Shown: positions 18,431-28,824 of the stretch, one piece after another
Layout of the letters: each line of letters opens with the position of its first letter
How positions within the stretch are numbered: the first letter of the stretch is position 1
NCBI GenBank assembly: GCA_011774835.1
Contig: JAACAK010000049.1
Coordinates: forward strand, 14,114 to 78,113
Direction: 5' to 3'
Source of the DNA: Candidatus Kutchimonas denitrificans
GTDB taxonomy: Bacteria > Gemmatimonadota > Gemmatimonadetes > Palauibacterales > KS3-K002
DNA length: 64,000 nucleotides
Made by a program: the position numbers and the translations under genes
The notes under the pieces: generated by a model
Database searches by the model: none
Seen by the model: only the letters and a program-made list of their open reading frames with translations
Told to the model about the DNA's origin: nothing

Positions 18431-19801
18431 CTACTCCAGCTTGTAGCGGTCCAGCTTCATCACCATCGATTGCAGCCCTTCGGCCAGCGTCGGATGAACG
18501 GTCTGCGCGTCGACGAGCGCCCGGGCCGGGGCACCCGCCATCATCAGCATCAGAAAGACATGGATCAGCTCGCCCGCTTCATAGCCGACGATCGAGGCGC
18601 CCAGCACGCGCTCGCTCTTCGGGTCGATCAGAACTTTCATGGTGCCGGCCCGCTCGTCGGTCTCGATCGCCCGGGCGATGTGGCCGAACGGCATCGAGGC
18701 GGCCTCGTATTCGATCCCTCGCTCCTTCGCCTCGCGCTCGGTCAGCCCGACCTGCGCGATCTGCGGGTCGGTGAACACGGTGCTCGGGGTAATGCGGCCT
18801 TCGCGTCCCCCCTCCCGGCCCTCCATCAGGATCTCGTACAGGATCCGATGATCGTCCCAGGAGGCGTGGGTGAACTGGGGGCCGCCGGTACAGTCGCCTA
18901 ACGCGTAGACGCCGGCGGCGCTGGTTCGGAACGAGTCATCGACCTCGATGTTGCCGCGCTCGTCCAGCTCGATCCCGGCGGCGTCGCACCCAAGGTCGTC
19001 GGTGTTGGGGACGCGGCCGGTCGCCACCAGCAGGTGCGATCCGCGGGCCTCCGCGCCGCCCGTGCAGTGCACGGTGATCGATCCCTTCGCTGCTTCGACC
19101 TCTGTGGCCTCGCTGCCCAGCACCAGCTCGATCCCCTCCTCGCGGAAGACGTTTTCGATCGCCTCCGAAGCCTCTACGTCCTCGCGCGGGACCAGATGGT
19201 CGGACCGCTGCATGATGGTGACGTCCGAGCCGAAGCGCCGGAACATCTGGCCGAACTCGCAGGCGATATAGCCGCCGCCGATGATCAGCAGGTGGTCGGG
19301 AAGCTGCCGCACTTCCATGATGGTTTCGTTGTCGAGCCAGTCGACGGAATCCAGACCCTTTATCGGCGGCGCGCTGGGTCGAGCGCCGACGTTGACGATC
19401 ACGATGTCGGCGCTGTGCCGGTCGCCGGCCACCTCGATCTCGCGCTCGCCGACGAACCGGGCCGCGCCCTCGATCAGCGTCAGGTCGTCGCCGGCCCGTT
19501 CCAGTCGCTTGCCCACACCGCTCCGCCACTGATCCACGATCTCGTTCTTTCGGTCCACCACCGCGGCGAGGTCGACTCCGACGTCCGCGGCCTTCACGCC
19601 CAGTCGGTCGGCGCTCCGCGCCACATGCGCCGCCCGGGCGCTGGCCACCATCGTCTTGGTGGGCGTGCATCCCACGTTCACGCACGAGCCACCGAGATGT
19701 CCCTTCTCCACGATGATCACCCGCTTGCCGGCTTCGGTGAGTCGGGCGGCCAGCGGCACACCGGCCTGCCCGGTCCCGATGACGATCACATCAACCTTCA
19801 T
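18431..19801 (-). CDS. FAD-dependent pyridine nucleotide-disulfide oxidoreductase (mercuric-reductase/RclA-like core; not a bona fide MerA)
   Basis: Trimmed to ATG 19801 (GGAGGAGCGG upstream). GTGQAGVP dinucleotide fold, redox-active GGSCVNVGCTPTK, dimerisation-domain HPTLAEG. Lacks the C-terminal Cys pair and NmerA domain of MerA. Confidence 0.85.
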   Translation of the reverse strand: MKVDVIVIGTGQAGVPLAARLTEAGKRVIIVEKGHLGGSCVNVGCTPTKTMVASARAAHVARSADRLGVKAADVGVDLAAVVDRKNEIVDQWRSGVGKRLERAGDDLTLIEGAARFVGEREIEVAGDRHSADIVIVNVGARPSAPPIKGLDSVDWLDNETIMEVRQLPDHLLIIGGGYIACEFGQMFRRFGSDVTIMQRSDHLVPREDVEASEAIENVFREEGIELVLGSEATEVEAAKGSITVHCTGGAEARGSHLLVATGRVPNTDDLGCDAAGIELDERGNIEVDDSFRTSAAGVYALGDCTGGPQFTHASWDDHRILYEILMEGREGGREGRITPSTVFTDPQIAQVGLTEREAKERGIEYEAASMPFGHIARAIETDERAGTMKVLIDPKSERVLGASIVGYEAGELIHVFLMLMMAGAPARALVDAQTVHPTLAEGLQSMVMKLDRYKLE

Positions 19802-19939
19802 CCGCTCCTCCGTTAGCTTCGGTCGCTCCAGCTGGTATCGCTTGCATGGTTGATCGGTCAGTATCGAACATCGGCGAACGTCGAGCAAGCGGTCCGACTT
19901 GGCCTGCGACCCATCGAGGCGCTAGCTTGGCACACCCCG

Positions 19940-20701
19940 ATGATGACGATTGGAGACCCCGTAGTCGAACTGCGCGGCGTCGGCCTGAGGCTGGACGGCG
20001 AAAAGGAGATCGTCTCCGATCTCGACTTCGACGTCCGCCCCGGCGAGCTGGTCGTGCTGCTTGGCCGCAGCGGGTCTGGCAAGACGACGACGCTCAAGCT
20101 CATCAATCGACTGCTTCTCCCTACCAGCGGTTCGGTGCTGGTGGAGGGAGTGGCGACGACCGATTGGGAACCGACGCGACTGCGTCGCCGGATCGGGTAC
20201 GTGATCCAGGATGTGGGGCTCTTCCCCCACTTCACCATCGAGCGCAACGTCGGCCTGGTGCCGACCCTCGAGGGGTGGGAGGCGGAGCGGGTGCGGGAGC
20301 GGGTCCGCGAGTTGCTCGACCTGGTGGGTCTCGACCCAAGCGTCTTCGCCGAGCGCTATCCGGCTCAGTTATCCGGCGGCCAGCGACAGCGCGTCGGCGT
20401 GGCCCGAGCTCTGGCCGCCGACCCGCCGCTCCTGCTGATGGATGAACCGTTCGGCGCCCTCGACCCGCTGACCCGACTCGAGCTGCAGCGTGAGCTGGCG
20501 CGGCTCCAGGACCGCCTGAACAAGAGCATCGTGTTCGTCACCCACGACATCCGCGAGGCGATGCTGCTCGCGACGCGGATCGCTCTTTTCCAGGATGGCG
20601 AGCTCGTTTTCATCGGCGGCCCGCAGGAGTTCCTCGACTCGGACGAGCCGGAGGCGATGGCGTTCGTACGCGCGCTCCAGGACACCGACGCCGTCCGCTG
20701 A
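19940..20701 (+). CDS. ABC transporter ATP-binding protein (osmoprotectant/choline-glycine betaine Opu type)
   Basis: Trimmed to ATG 19940 (MMTIGDPVVELRGV). Walker A GRSGSGKTT, signature LSGGQRQRV, Walker B LLLMDEPF. Confidence 0.88.
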   Translation: MMTIGDPVVELRGVGLRLDGEKEIVSDLDFDVRPGELVVLLGRSGSGKTTTLKLINRLLLPTSGSVLVEGVATTDWEPTRLRRRIGYVIQDVGLFPHFTIERNVGLVPTLEGWEAERVRERVRELLDLVGLDPSVFAERYPAQLSGGQRQRVGVARALAADPPLLLMDEPFGALDPLTRLELQRELARLQDRLNKSIVFVTHDIREAMLLATRIALFQDGELVFIGGPQEFLDSDEPEAMAFVRALQDTDAVR

Positions 20702-20727
20702 TAAGCACCACGAACCGGATACCGGCT

Positions 20728-21390
20728 ATGCAGCTACTCGAGTTCCTGTCACGCAACAAGGCGGAGTTCTTTACGCTGCTCGGCGAGCATCTGATGCTGG
20801 TGGGCGTGTCGATCGGGGTCGCCCTCGCGGTCGGCATCCCGCTGGGCGTGATCCTCACCCGGCGGCCTCAGCTGAGCCCGCCGATCCTGGGGCTCGCCAA
20901 CATATTCCAGACGATCCCCAGCCTGGCGCTCTTCGGCTTTCTGATCCCGATCCCGTTCATCGGCGGAATCGGGGCGCGCACCGCCATCGTCGCGCTGGTG
21001 CTTTACGCGCTGCTGCCGATCATCCGCAACACCTACGCCGGGATCCAGGGGGTCGACCCGGCGGTGCGGGAGGCGGGCCGCGGCATGGGGATGACCGACC
21101 GGCAACTGCTCTTCATGGTCGAGATCCCGCTGGCGTTCGGCGTCATCCTGGCGGGCGTGCGGGTAGCCACGGTGATCGGCGTGGGAATCGCCACCATCGC
21201 CGCGGCCATCGGGGCGGGCGGACTGGGCGTCTTCATCTTCCGCGGTGTGGCCACGGTCAACAACACGCTCATCCTGGCGGGGGCTCTGCCGGCGGCGCTC
21301 ATGGCGCTGGCGGTCGACTTCCTGCTGGGCCGGCTCGAACGCCGTTACGCGCCGGGCGGCGCCGGCCTGGCGCAGACCAGACCGGCATGA
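20728..21390 (+). CDS. ABC transporter permease (Opu/ProW-type, BPD_transp_1)
   Basis: 220 aa, 5-6 TM. EAGRGMGMTDRQLLFMVEIPLA matches the EAA loop of binding-protein-dependent permeases. Confidence 0.88.
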   Translation: MQLLEFLSRNKAEFFTLLGEHLMLVGVSIGVALAVGIPLGVILTRRPQLSPPILGLANIFQTIPSLALFGFLIPIPFIGGIGARTAIVALVLYALLPIIRNTYAGIQGVDPAVREAGRGMGMTDRQLLFMVEIPLAFGVILAGVRVATVIGVGIATIAAAIGAGGLGVFIFRGVATVNNTLILAGALPAALMALAVDFLLGRLERRYAPGGAGLAQTRPA

Positions 21391-22280
21391 GCGACGCCCG
21401 CTGGCCGTTCGTTCTGGCCCTGGCGGCCCTCGCCGCTTGCGGTGGCACCGACCGGGTCGTTGTCGTATCGAAGAACTTCACCGAGCAGACGATACTGGCG
21501 GAGCTGGTCGCGCAGCAGCTCGAGCGGCGCACCGAGCTGGCAGTGGAGCGGCGGTTCTTCCTCGGCGGCACTTTCGTCTGCCACCGGGCGCTGGTCTCCG
21601 GCGAAGCCGACATCTACGTCGAGTACACCGGCACCGCGCTGACGGCGATCCTGGAGAAGCCGCCGCTCAACGACCCGGAAGCGGTCTACGACACGGTCAG
21701 TCGAGTCTACGGCGAACGGTTCGATCTCGTCTGGGGCGAGCCGTTGGGCTTCGATAATACCTTCGCGATCCTGGTCCGCGGCGACGACGCCCGCCGCCTG
21801 GGGCTGGAGACGATCAGCGATGTCGCCGCCTACACCCCGGACTGGCGGGCGGGCTTCGGCTACGAGTTCATGGAGCGCGAGGACGGGTTTCCCGGCCTGG
21901 CCGAGGCCTACGGCCTCGAGTTCGCCGAGCCGTCCCGCACCATGGACCTGGGCCTCACCTATCGGGCGCTGGCCGACGGGCAGGTCGACCTCATCGCCGG
22001 CAACTCGACCGACGGTCTGATCGCGGCACTGGACCTGGTCCAGCTGGAGGACGACCGGTCGTACTTTCCGCCCTACGAGGCGGCGCCGGTGATCGGGGCC
22101 GAGCTGCTGAGTCGGAATCCCGAAATCGAAGCGGCGCTCGATGAGCTCGGAGGTCGCATCTCCGATGACGAGATGCGGCGGCTCAACTATCTTGTCGACG
22201 TGGAGCATCGCGACCTGGCGGCCGTCGTCCGAGCCTGGCTGGAGGAGAATGTCCCGTCCACCGCTGGAGCCGACCGCTGA
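21387..22280 (+). CDS. Osmoprotectant (glycine betaine/choline)-binding lipoprotein, OpuAC-family SBP
   Basis: The ATG overlaps the permease stop (ATGA). Lipobox LAALAACGG. Motifs SKNFTEQTILAEL, DIYVEYTGTAL and GNSTDGLI. Confidence 0.85.
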   Translation: MSDARWPFVLALAALAACGGTDRVVVVSKNFTEQTILAELVAQQLERRTELAVERRFFLGGTFVCHRALVSGEADIYVEYTGTALTAILEKPPLNDPEAVYDTVSRVYGERFDLVWGEPLGFDNTFAILVRGDDARRLGLETISDVAAYTPDWRAGFGYEFMEREDGFPGLAEAYGLEFAEPSRTMDLGLTYRALADGQVDLIAGNSTDGLIAALDLVQLEDDRSYFPPYEAAPVIGAELLSRNPEIEAALDELGGRISDDEMRRLNYLVDVEHRDLAAVVRAWLEENVPSTAGADR

Positions 22281-22791
22281 CTCCGATCGATCGTGCGCCG
22301 TGACCGAGACCGATTCGACCAACGCGCTTCACCCCAACGTCGTCATCGCCTGGCGGGTCAGCGGCCTGTTGAGCGCGGCCGTGTGGACGGTCGTGGTTGG
22401 CCTGACCGAGCTGTTCGTCATCGTACCTAACTGGCGCGTCATCGTCTTTCCCGGCGCGCCCACCGCGGCCGCCGCCGTCCTCGCCTTCGCCCTCGCGCTG
22501 ACCTGGCCCACGTTGCGCTACCGCTTCTGGCGCTGGCAGGTTCGGACCGACCGCGTGCTGATCGAGAAGGGCGTGATCTGGCGTTCGCGCTCCTTGATCC
22601 CCCGCGTACGCATCCAGCACGTCGACACCCGGACATCGCCGCTACAGCGCTGGCTGGGGCTCGCCTCGCTGGTGATCTTCACCGCGGGCACGCGCGGTGC
22701 CGACGTCGAGATCCCCGGCCTCGCCGCCGACGACGCGGTTCGGCTGCGCGATGAGTTGGCGCGCCTCGAGGAGATCGATGAGCGGACCTGA
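22249..22791 (+). CDS. YdbS-like membrane protein with bacterial PH (bPH_2) domain
   Basis: Two TM helices, then RYRFWRWQVRTDRVLIEKGVIWRSRSLIPRVRIQHVDTRTSPLQRWLGLASLVIFTAG. Start chosen at ATG 22249; alternatives exist. Confidence 0.75.
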   Translation: MSRPPLEPTADSDRSCAVTETDSTNALHPNVVIAWRVSGLLSAAVWTVVVGLTELFVIVPNWRVIVFPGAPTAAAAVLAFALALTWPTLRYRFWRWQVRTDRVLIEKGVIWRSRSLIPRVRIQHVDTRTSPLQRWLGLASLVIFTAGTRGADVEIPGLAADDAVRLRDELARLEEIDERT

Positions 22792-24295
22792 CCCGACGGG
22801 CTGGCGGCGGCTGCACCCCGTCACACCGCTCTTCCGATCGCTGCAGCTGCTCTACGGCTACGCGATCGGCGTGCTGGCCGCCTCGCTCAGCGTCGGCCTT
22901 TCCCTCGCCTTCATCATCGGGTTCGGCGTCCTGATCGCGGGCTGGGCCGTGCTCTCCTACCTGCGCTTCAGCTATCGGGTGGACGAGGAGGGGCTGGTGG
23001 TCAAGCACGGCGTTCTGATGCGGCAGCGGCGGGTGATCCCGAAATCACGCATCCAGAACGTCGACCTGCGCTCCGGCCTCCTGCAGCAGCTGTTCGGCGT
23101 GGCGACGGCCCGGATCGAGACCGCCGGCGGCGGCGGCAGCGAAGCGTCGCTTCACGTGGTCGGGCACGAGGAGGGCGTCCGACTGCGGAACGCGCTGGTC
23201 GGGCGTTTCAGCGACTTCGCGGCGGCGCCCGTCGCCGGGGAGAGCGAAGCCGAAGCCCGGTCGCGGCTCGACACATCGGAGCGCCAGGTCGGGTTGCTCG
23301 ACCTGGTCATCGCCGGTGCCACGTCGAACCGGGCCGGCGTGCTGGTCGGGGCGCTGCTGGGGCTCGATTACGTGTTCGGTGTCGTGCCGACCGACTGGCT
23401 GCTCAGGCGCGTCATGCCGCCCGAGCTGCTGGCGCCGGAGACCGCCGCGAACGCGCTGGTCGAGGCGGCGGGGCGCGACCTGAGCGCGTTCCTCGTCGGC
23501 CTCGCGGCGCTGACGATCTTCTTCGGCGTCGCCGGCTGGGGGCTATCGATCCTGATGAGCGTGGTCCGCTACTTCGGGTTCACGCTGCGCCGGATCGGCG
23601 GCGAGCTCCAGGTGAGCTACGGCCTGTTCACGCGTCGTGAGAAGGGGCTCCGCCGCAGCCGGGTCCAGAACGTCCAGATCGAGGAGCCCATCCTGCGACG
23701 CTGGCTGGGCCTCGCCACCGTGAAGGTGCAGACGGCGGGCTACGGCCCGGAGCTGAAGGCCGACGAGCGGATGGAGGTCCTGGCACCGATCGCCAAGCGC
23801 CGCGAGATGGCCGCCTATGTCCAGGAGGTCTTTCCCGATCTCGACCCGTCATCGATCGACTGGCGGCCATCTCATCCACGGGCGCGTCGCCGCATGTTCC
23901 TCCGGCGCGCCGCCGTCATCGTTCTGGTCGTCGCCGTCCTCTCGATCATCAGCCTGCACGCCCTGCTCCTGCTGCTGGCGCTGGCGCCCGCTTGGCTGTT
24001 GGCGCACGCTCATTACCGTCACCTGGGTCACGCGCGCTCGGGCTCCTTCGTGCTGACCCGCGAGGGACTGTGGACGCGCCGCAGCTACATCGTCCCGGTT
24101 CGCAAGATCCAGGCGCTCCACTTCCGGCAGACGCCTTTCCAGCGACGGCTCCGGATCGGAACGCTCACCGTCGAGACGGCGGGGAACCCGCTGGACTGGC
24201 ACGCGCCCCGGACCATCGATCTGGGACTGGACTATGGACGCGAGCTTCAGGCGAAGCTGGGGACGGAAGTCACGGCGACGGGCCTCGTCTTCTAG
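22778..24295 (+). CDS. YdbT-like membrane protein with three bPH_2 domains
   Basis: Trimmed to ATG 22778. Three repeats of the ..R..IP..RIQNV....(L/F)(L/F)QR..G(L/V)ATV...TAG pattern. Overlaps the ydbS-like gene by 14 nt. Confidence 0.8.
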   Translation: MSGPDPTGWRRLHPVTPLFRSLQLLYGYAIGVLAASLSVGLSLAFIIGFGVLIAGWAVLSYLRFSYRVDEEGLVVKHGVLMRQRRVIPKSRIQNVDLRSGLLQQLFGVATARIETAGGGGSEASLHVVGHEEGVRLRNALVGRFSDFAAAPVAGESEAEARSRLDTSERQVGLLDLVIAGATSNRAGVLVGALLGLDYVFGVVPTDWLLRRVMPPELLAPETAANALVEAAGRDLSAFLVGLAALTIFFGVAGWGLSILMSVVRYFGFTLRRIGGELQVSYGLFTRREKGLRRSRVQNVQIEEPILRRWLGLATVKVQTAGYGPELKADERMEVLAPIAKRREMAAYVQEVFPDLDPSSIDWRPSHPRARRRMFLRRAAVIVLVVAVLSIISLHALLLLLALAPAWLLAHAHYRHLGHARSGSFVLTREGLWTRRSYIVPVRKIQALHFRQTPFQRRLRIGTLTVETAGNPLDWHAPRTIDLGLDYGRELQAKLGTEVTATGLVF

Positions 24296-24411
24296 TGGGA
24301 ATCCCCAAATCGTCTTCGACAATTCGGAGAGACTGAAGATTCTCGAAATCAGAATCCCGACCTCAAATTCCAAATCCCAATTCCCAACTCCCGGAATTCC
24401 GAATTCCGATC
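24296..24411 (+). repeat. Intergenic repeat element, copy A: GAATCCCC + conserved core + AAWTCCC heptamer run
   Basis: Fills the whole convergent gap. The 19-nt core CTTCGACAATTCGGAGAGA (24314-24332) is identical to 33729-33747. Followed by aaattcc-aaatccc-aattccc-aactccc-ggaattcc-gaattcc. Confidence 0.8.
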
Positions 24412-25086
24412 TCAGGATTCCCTCTCCACATCCGGGTGCCGGATCATCTTGCCTTCCACCAGGTAAACGACGTCTTCACCGATGTTCGTCGCCAGGTCGG
24501 CGATCCGCTCGATATTGCGGCCGACGAGGATGAACGACAGCGCGGTGCCGATCTTCGTCGGCGACTCCATCATCATCGTGATCGCCGACCGCAGGTGCGA
24601 CTCGTGTAGCTGATCGACCCGGTCGTCACGCGCCGTCACATCCCGAGCCTTGGCGACGTCGTGCTGGACGAACGCGTCGAGCACGTCGCGCAGCATCCCC
24701 TGTGCTATGACCGCCGCTTCCGAGAGCTCGATGGGAAGTGCCCAGTCGGAATCCCGCTCGATGAGTCGCTCCGCCGTCTCCGCGATGTTCACCGCGTGAT
24801 CGCCGATCCGCTCCAGGTCGTTGTTGATCTTCAGCACCGCGACCAGCCGTCTCAAGTCACCTGCCATCGGCTGCTGCAACGCCATCAGCTCGACGCACTC
24901 CTCCTCGATCTCGACTTCGGTCGCGTCGATCTCGCGGTCCCCCATGATGACGGCTTCGGCCTTGTTGGCGTCTCGCTCGCTCAACGCCTCGAGGGCCGTC
25001 TCCATCAATCCCTCGATCATGCGCGACATGGCCACCAGACGTCCCGTCAGGTCGTCGAGTCTGCTCTCGAAGTGCGCTCGGGTCAT
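24412..25086 (-). CDS. phoU: Phosphate signalling complex protein PhoU
   Basis: 224 aa. Duplicated PhoU motif (..NNDLERIGDHAVNIAE.. and ..GRNIERIADLATNIGE..). Last gene of the pst operon. Confidence 0.95.
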   Translation of the reverse strand: MTRAHFESRLDDLTGRLVAMSRMIEGLMETALEALSERDANKAEAVIMGDREIDATEVEIEEECVELMALQQPMAGDLRRLVAVLKINNDLERIGDHAVNIAETAERLIERDSDWALPIELSEAAVIAQGMLRDVLDAFVQHDVAKARDVTARDDRVDQLHESHLRSAITMMMESPTKIGTALSFILVGRNIERIADLATNIGEDVVYLVEGKMIRHPDVERES

Positions 25087-25101
25087 CGCTCGTCGGCCCC
25101 T

Positions 25102-26013
25102 TTATCCGAAGCGGCCGGTGATGTACGCCTCGGTGCGATCGTCGCTCGGCCCCGTGAAGATCTTCTGCGTATCAGCATATTCGATCAGGCGACCCAGGTT
25201 CATGAACGCGGTGTAGTCCGCGACCCGCGCCGCCTGCTGCATGTTGTGGGTCACGATGACGATCGTGTAGTCCTCCTTCAGCTCCTGCATCAGCTCTTCG
25301 ATTCGACCGGTCGCGATCGGATCCAGGGCGCTCGCCGGCTCGTCCATCAGGATCACCTCCGGCTCCACCGCCAGCGCGCGCGCGATGCACAGCCGCTGCT
25401 GCTGGCCGCCCGACAGCCCCAGCGCGCTGTCCTTCAGCCGGTCCTTCACCTCGTCCCACAGCGCCGCACCGCGGATCGCCGCTTCCACCCGCTCGGCGAT
25501 GTCGCCCTGATAGCGGTTGATGCGCAGGCCGAAAGCGACGTTCTCGAACACCGACTTGGGGAACGGGTTCGGCTTCTGAAAGACCATGCCAATGCGGCGG
25601 CGCACCTCCACCGGGTCGACCTCCGGCGCGTACAGGTCCTCGCCGTTGAACAGGACCTCTCCCTCGCACCACGCCGACGGGATGACATCGTTCATGCGGT
25701 TGAAGACACGGAGCAGCGTGCTCTTGCCGCTCCCCGACGGGCCGATCAGCGCCGTTATATGGTGGCGTGGGATCGTCAGCGAGATGCCGTGGATGACCTT
25801 CGTTTCGCCATAAGAGATGTCGAGCTTGCGTGTCTCCAGCACCGGGCCATCGTGAACCATGATGTTCCGAGGGTCGCCCTGCAGCTCCGCCTCGCTGAGC
25901 GAGGCGCCCGACTCACCGAGACCCAATCGCTGCATCGCGGTCCGCTCGGGTTTCGCCTCGTTTGCTGCGGATTTCCCCATCTCGACCTCGGCCACGCTCT
26001 CTCGCTGACTCAT
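25102..26013 (-). CDS. pstB: Phosphate ABC transporter ATP-binding protein PstB
   Basis: Track ORF 25102..26568, trimmed to ATG 26013, which overlaps the pstA stop (ATGA). [35 protein letters not shown]. About 45 aa of N-terminal extension remains; later starts are possible. Confidence 0.9.
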   Translation of the reverse strand: MSQRESVAEVEMGKSAANEAKPERTAMQRLGLGESGASLSEAELQGDPRNIMVHDGPVLETRKLDISYGETKVIHGISLTIPRHHITALIGPSGSGKSTLLRVFNRMNDVIPSAWCEGEVLFNGEDLYAPEVDPVEVRRRIGMVFQKPNPFPKSVFENVAFGLRINRYQGDIAERVEAAIRGAALWDEVKDRLKDSALGLSGGQQQRLCIARALAVEPEVILMDEPASALDPIATGRIEELMQELKEDYTIVIVTHNMQQAARVADYTAFMNLGRLIEYADTQKIFTGPSDDRTEAYITGRFG

Positions 26014-26897
26014 ACCTGTTTCTTCAGCTTGTTCCGCAGGATGATCGCCAACGCGTTCATCGATAGCAAGACGACCAGCAGAACGATGATCGCCGCCGCC
26101 GCCAGCTCGTGGAACCCTTCCTGCGGACGGCTCGCCCAGTTGAAGATCTGGATCGGCAGCACCGTGAACTCGTCCAGCGGCGATTCCGGCGTGAACGCGA
26201 TGAAGGTCAGCGCACCGATCATGATCAGCGGCGCCGTTTCGCCGATCGCCCGGGACAGCGACAGGATCATCCCGGTGAGGATCCCCGGAAACGCCATCGG
26301 CAGCACCAGCCGCTGCAGCGTCTGCCATTTCGTCGCCCCGATCCCGTAACCGGCCTCGCGGATCGACGGCGGCACGGCCCGGATCGCTTCCTGCGACGAG
26401 ATGATCACCACCGGTAGGATCAGCAGCGCCAGCGTCGCCGCGCCCGCCACCACGCTGCGTCCCAGGGCCAGGCCCCTGACGAAGACCGCCAATCCCAGCA
26501 CGCCGTACACGATCGACGGCACGCCCGCCAGGTTCGCGATGTTCGTCTCGATCACTCGGGTCAGCCACGAGCGTGGCGCGTACTCCTCCAGGTAGATCGC
26601 GGCGCCCACCCCCAGCGGGAACGAGAACAGCGCGGTGAAGCCCACCACCCAGAGCGTCCCGTAAAGCGCCGACTTGATCCCGGCCCGGGCGGGGAAGCGG
26701 GACGGGTAGCTGTTCAGGAAATCGAGGGACAGACGACCGGCGCCCTGCCGCAAGATGTCGAACAGCAAGATCGCCAGCAGCACCACGCCCAGCGTCGTCG
26801 CCGCGAAGCAGAGCCAGAGGAACACGCGGCCGAAGGCGCGCCGCTTGCCCAGCTCCGGGACGAAGGTGTCGGTCGAGCCCCGTTCCGACCCGCTCAC
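26010..26897 (-). CDS. pstA: Phosphate ABC transporter permease PstA
   Basis: Track ORF 26010..27677, trimmed to GTG 26897, which overlaps the pstC stop (GTGA). [29 protein letters not shown] is the PstA EAA loop. Confidence 0.9.
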   Translation of the reverse strand: MSGSERGSTDTFVPELGKRRAFGRVFLWLCFAATTLGVVLLAILLFDILRQGAGRLSLDFLNSYPSRFPARAGIKSALYGTLWVVGFTALFSFPLGVGAAIYLEEYAPRSWLTRVIETNIANLAGVPSIVYGVLGLAVFVRGLALGRSVVAGAATLALLILPVVIISSQEAIRAVPPSIREAGYGIGATKWQTLQRLVLPMAFPGILTGMILSLSRAIGETAPLIMIGALTFIAFTPESPLDEFTVLPIQIFNWASRPQEGFHELAAAAIIVLLVVLLSMNALAIILRNKLKKQV

Positions 26898-27832
26898 TCG
26901 TACACCTCCCGGAAGCGCTTCAGCACGGCGCGGCTCAGTATGTTGAGCGACAGCGTGATGACGAACAGCAGCAGACCCACGGCGAAGATCGTCCTGTACT
27001 CGATGCTGCCGAACGGCGTGTCGCCCAGGCTCACCTGGACGATGTACGCCGTCATCGTCTGAATGCTCTCCAGCGGGTTGAGCGTCAGCTTGGGTGTGGC
27101 GCCCGCCGCCAGCGTCACCGCCATCGTCTCGCCGATCGCGCGGGAGATCGCCAGGATGAACGAGGCGATGATGCCCGACAGGGACGCCGGAACCACGACC
27201 CGGGTAACCGTTTCGTACTTCGTCGCTCCCAATCCGAGCGATGCTTCGCGCAGCGACCTCGGCACCGAGCGCAGCGCGTCCTCCGACAGCGAGGCCACCA
27301 TCGGGATGATCATGATCCCCACCACGATCGCCGCGCTGGCCGCGTTGAACACCCCGGTACTCGGTAGGATCGTCCGGATGACCGGCGTGATGAACGTCAG
27401 CGCGAAGTAGCCGTAGACCACCGTCGGCACCCCAGCCAGCACCTCCAGCACCGGCTTCAAAATGCTGCGCGCCCGATCGGGCGCGTACTCCGCCAGGTAG
27501 ATCGCGGCCGACAGCCCGACCGGCAGCGCGATCAGTGACGCACCCACGGCCACCAGGAACGAGCCTGCGACCAGGGGTAGCACACCGAAATGTTGAGGCC
27601 TGAAGAGCGGGGTCCAGCGGGTGCCGGTCAGAAACTCCCAGGGCGAGACCTCGGCGAAGAAGCCGATCGATTCCCACACCAGCACGATGACGATGCCCGC
27701 CGTGGTCAGTATCGAGACGAGCCCGCAGGCGAGCAGCAATCCACGGATGCCGCGCTCGCGCCAGGCCCGACCCTTCGACAACGCCAGTGAGTGCCGGCCC
27801 GCGACGTTGCCCAGCTCGGATGTCGTCGTCAC
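26894..27832 (-). CDS. pstC: Phosphate ABC transporter permease PstC
   Basis: 312 aa. [44 protein letters not shown]. Confidence 0.92.
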   Translation of the reverse strand: MTTTSELGNVAGRHSLALSKGRAWRERGIRGLLLACGLVSILTTAGIVIVLVWESIGFFAEVSPWEFLTGTRWTPLFRPQHFGVLPLVAGSFLVAVGASLIALPVGLSAAIYLAEYAPDRARSILKPVLEVLAGVPTVVYGYFALTFITPVIRTILPSTGVFNAASAAIVVGIMIIPMVASLSEDALRSVPRSLREASLGLGATKYETVTRVVVPASLSGIIASFILAISRAIGETMAVTLAAGATPKLTLNPLESIQTMTAYIVQVSLGDTPFGSIEYRTIFAVGLLLFVITLSLNILSRAVLKRFREVYE

Positions 27833-28788
27833 GGCGTGACTCGCTCGATGTCCTGCAGCGCCCTCACGTAATCCCCCGCCGGCATCGGCACGTAACCCAC
27901 TTCCGCCGCCATCGCGCCCGCCTCGGCCAGGTAATAGCGTAAGAACCGCACCACTTCCTCGCGGATCAATTCGCTCTCGTCAACGTAAAGGAAGAGCGGT
28001 CGCGTCAACGGGTAGGAGCCGGAAGCGACCGTCTCCCGATTGGGGAGGATACACCCGGCGCCCGCGTCGACGGCGACGAGCTTCAGCAGGTCCGGGCTCT
28101 CCACGTAGTACGCGTGGCCGAAGTAGCCCAGCGCGCCGGGGTCGCCGGTGACGCCGAATACCAGCACGTTGTCGTCTTCGCTGGCGGCGTAATCAGCGCG
28201 GCTCGCGTCTTCTTCACCGACGATCGTTTCGGTGAAATAGTCGAACGAGCCCGAATCGATCCCCGGCCCATAAAGCGACATCTCGAGGTCCGGCCATTCC
28301 GGCCGCACCTGACTCCAACTCTCGATATCGCTCCCGGGTTCCCAAATCCGCTTCAGGTCCTCCACGGTCAGGCAGTCGACGAAATCGTTGGCCGGATTGA
28401 CCACCACCGAAAGTCCGTCCAGGGCGACCGGGAACTCCAGCGGCTCCACCCCGTTCGTCCGGCAGCGCGCCTGCTCCGCCGGTTTGATTCGCCGTGACGC
28501 ATCGGCCAGCTCGGCTTCGGCGGCACAGAATTTCTTGAATCCGCCACCCGTCCCCGACACGCCCACCGCGACCCGGATGCGCCGGTGCTCGGCCTGGAAC
28601 TGTTCGACCACCGCCTCGGTGACCGGATACACCGTGCTGGAGCCATCGATGTGAATGCTCCCCTCCACACCGCCGCCGGCATCGCCGCCGGCGCAGCCGA
28701 CGAGGGCGTGGAGAATCGCGCCGAAGAGCAGGGTGGCCTTCGTCGGCATGAGAATCGACCGATATCCGGTCCGGCTCAAGTCTTTCAT
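27829..28788 (-). CDS. pstS: Phosphate-binding lipoprotein PstS
   Basis: [24 protein letters not shown] and lipobox ALVGC. The longest ORF starts at 28788. ATG 28749 ([19 protein letters not shown]) gives a better lipoprotein signal and fits the upstream promoter geometry. Confidence 0.9.
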   Translation of the reverse strand: MKDLSRTGYRSILMPTKATLLFGAILHALVGCAGGDAGGGVEGSIHIDGSSTVYPVTEAVVEQFQAEHRRIRVAVGVSGTGGGFKKFCAAEAELADASRRIKPAEQARCRTNGVEPLEFPVALDGLSVVVNPANDFVDCLTVEDLKRIWEPGSDIESWSQVRPEWPDLEMSLYGPGIDSGSFDYFTETIVGEEDASRADYAASEDDNVLVFGVTGDPGALGYFGHAYYVESPDLLKLVAVDAGAGCILPNRETVASGSYPLTRPLFLYVDESELIREEVVRFLRYYLAEAGAMAAEVGYVPMPAGDYVRALQDIERVTP

Positions 28789-28824
28789 GGCTGGCGCAAG
28801 CTATCGTAAAGGTAGGGCGACATG

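Noticed and set aside
18431-19801. Calling the flavoprotein a mercuric reductase (merA).
   Set aside because: It has the CxxxxC redox centre, but lacks the C-terminal Cys-Cys pair, the NmerA domain and any mer operon neighbours.
19832-19846. TGGTATCGCTTGCAT in the oxidoreductase/opu intergenic region, as a sigma-54 promoter.
   Set aside because: GG and GC are separated by only 8 nt instead of 10. The spacing is essentially invariant in sigma-54 promoters.
25102-26568. 488-aa and 555-aa versions of pstB and pstA given by the ORF track (26010..27677 for pstA).
   Set aside because: The N-terminal extensions overlap the upstream pst genes in another frame and translate to Gly/Arg/Asp-rich nonsense. 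Coupled starts at 26013 (ATGA) and 26897 (GTGA) give normal-length proteins.
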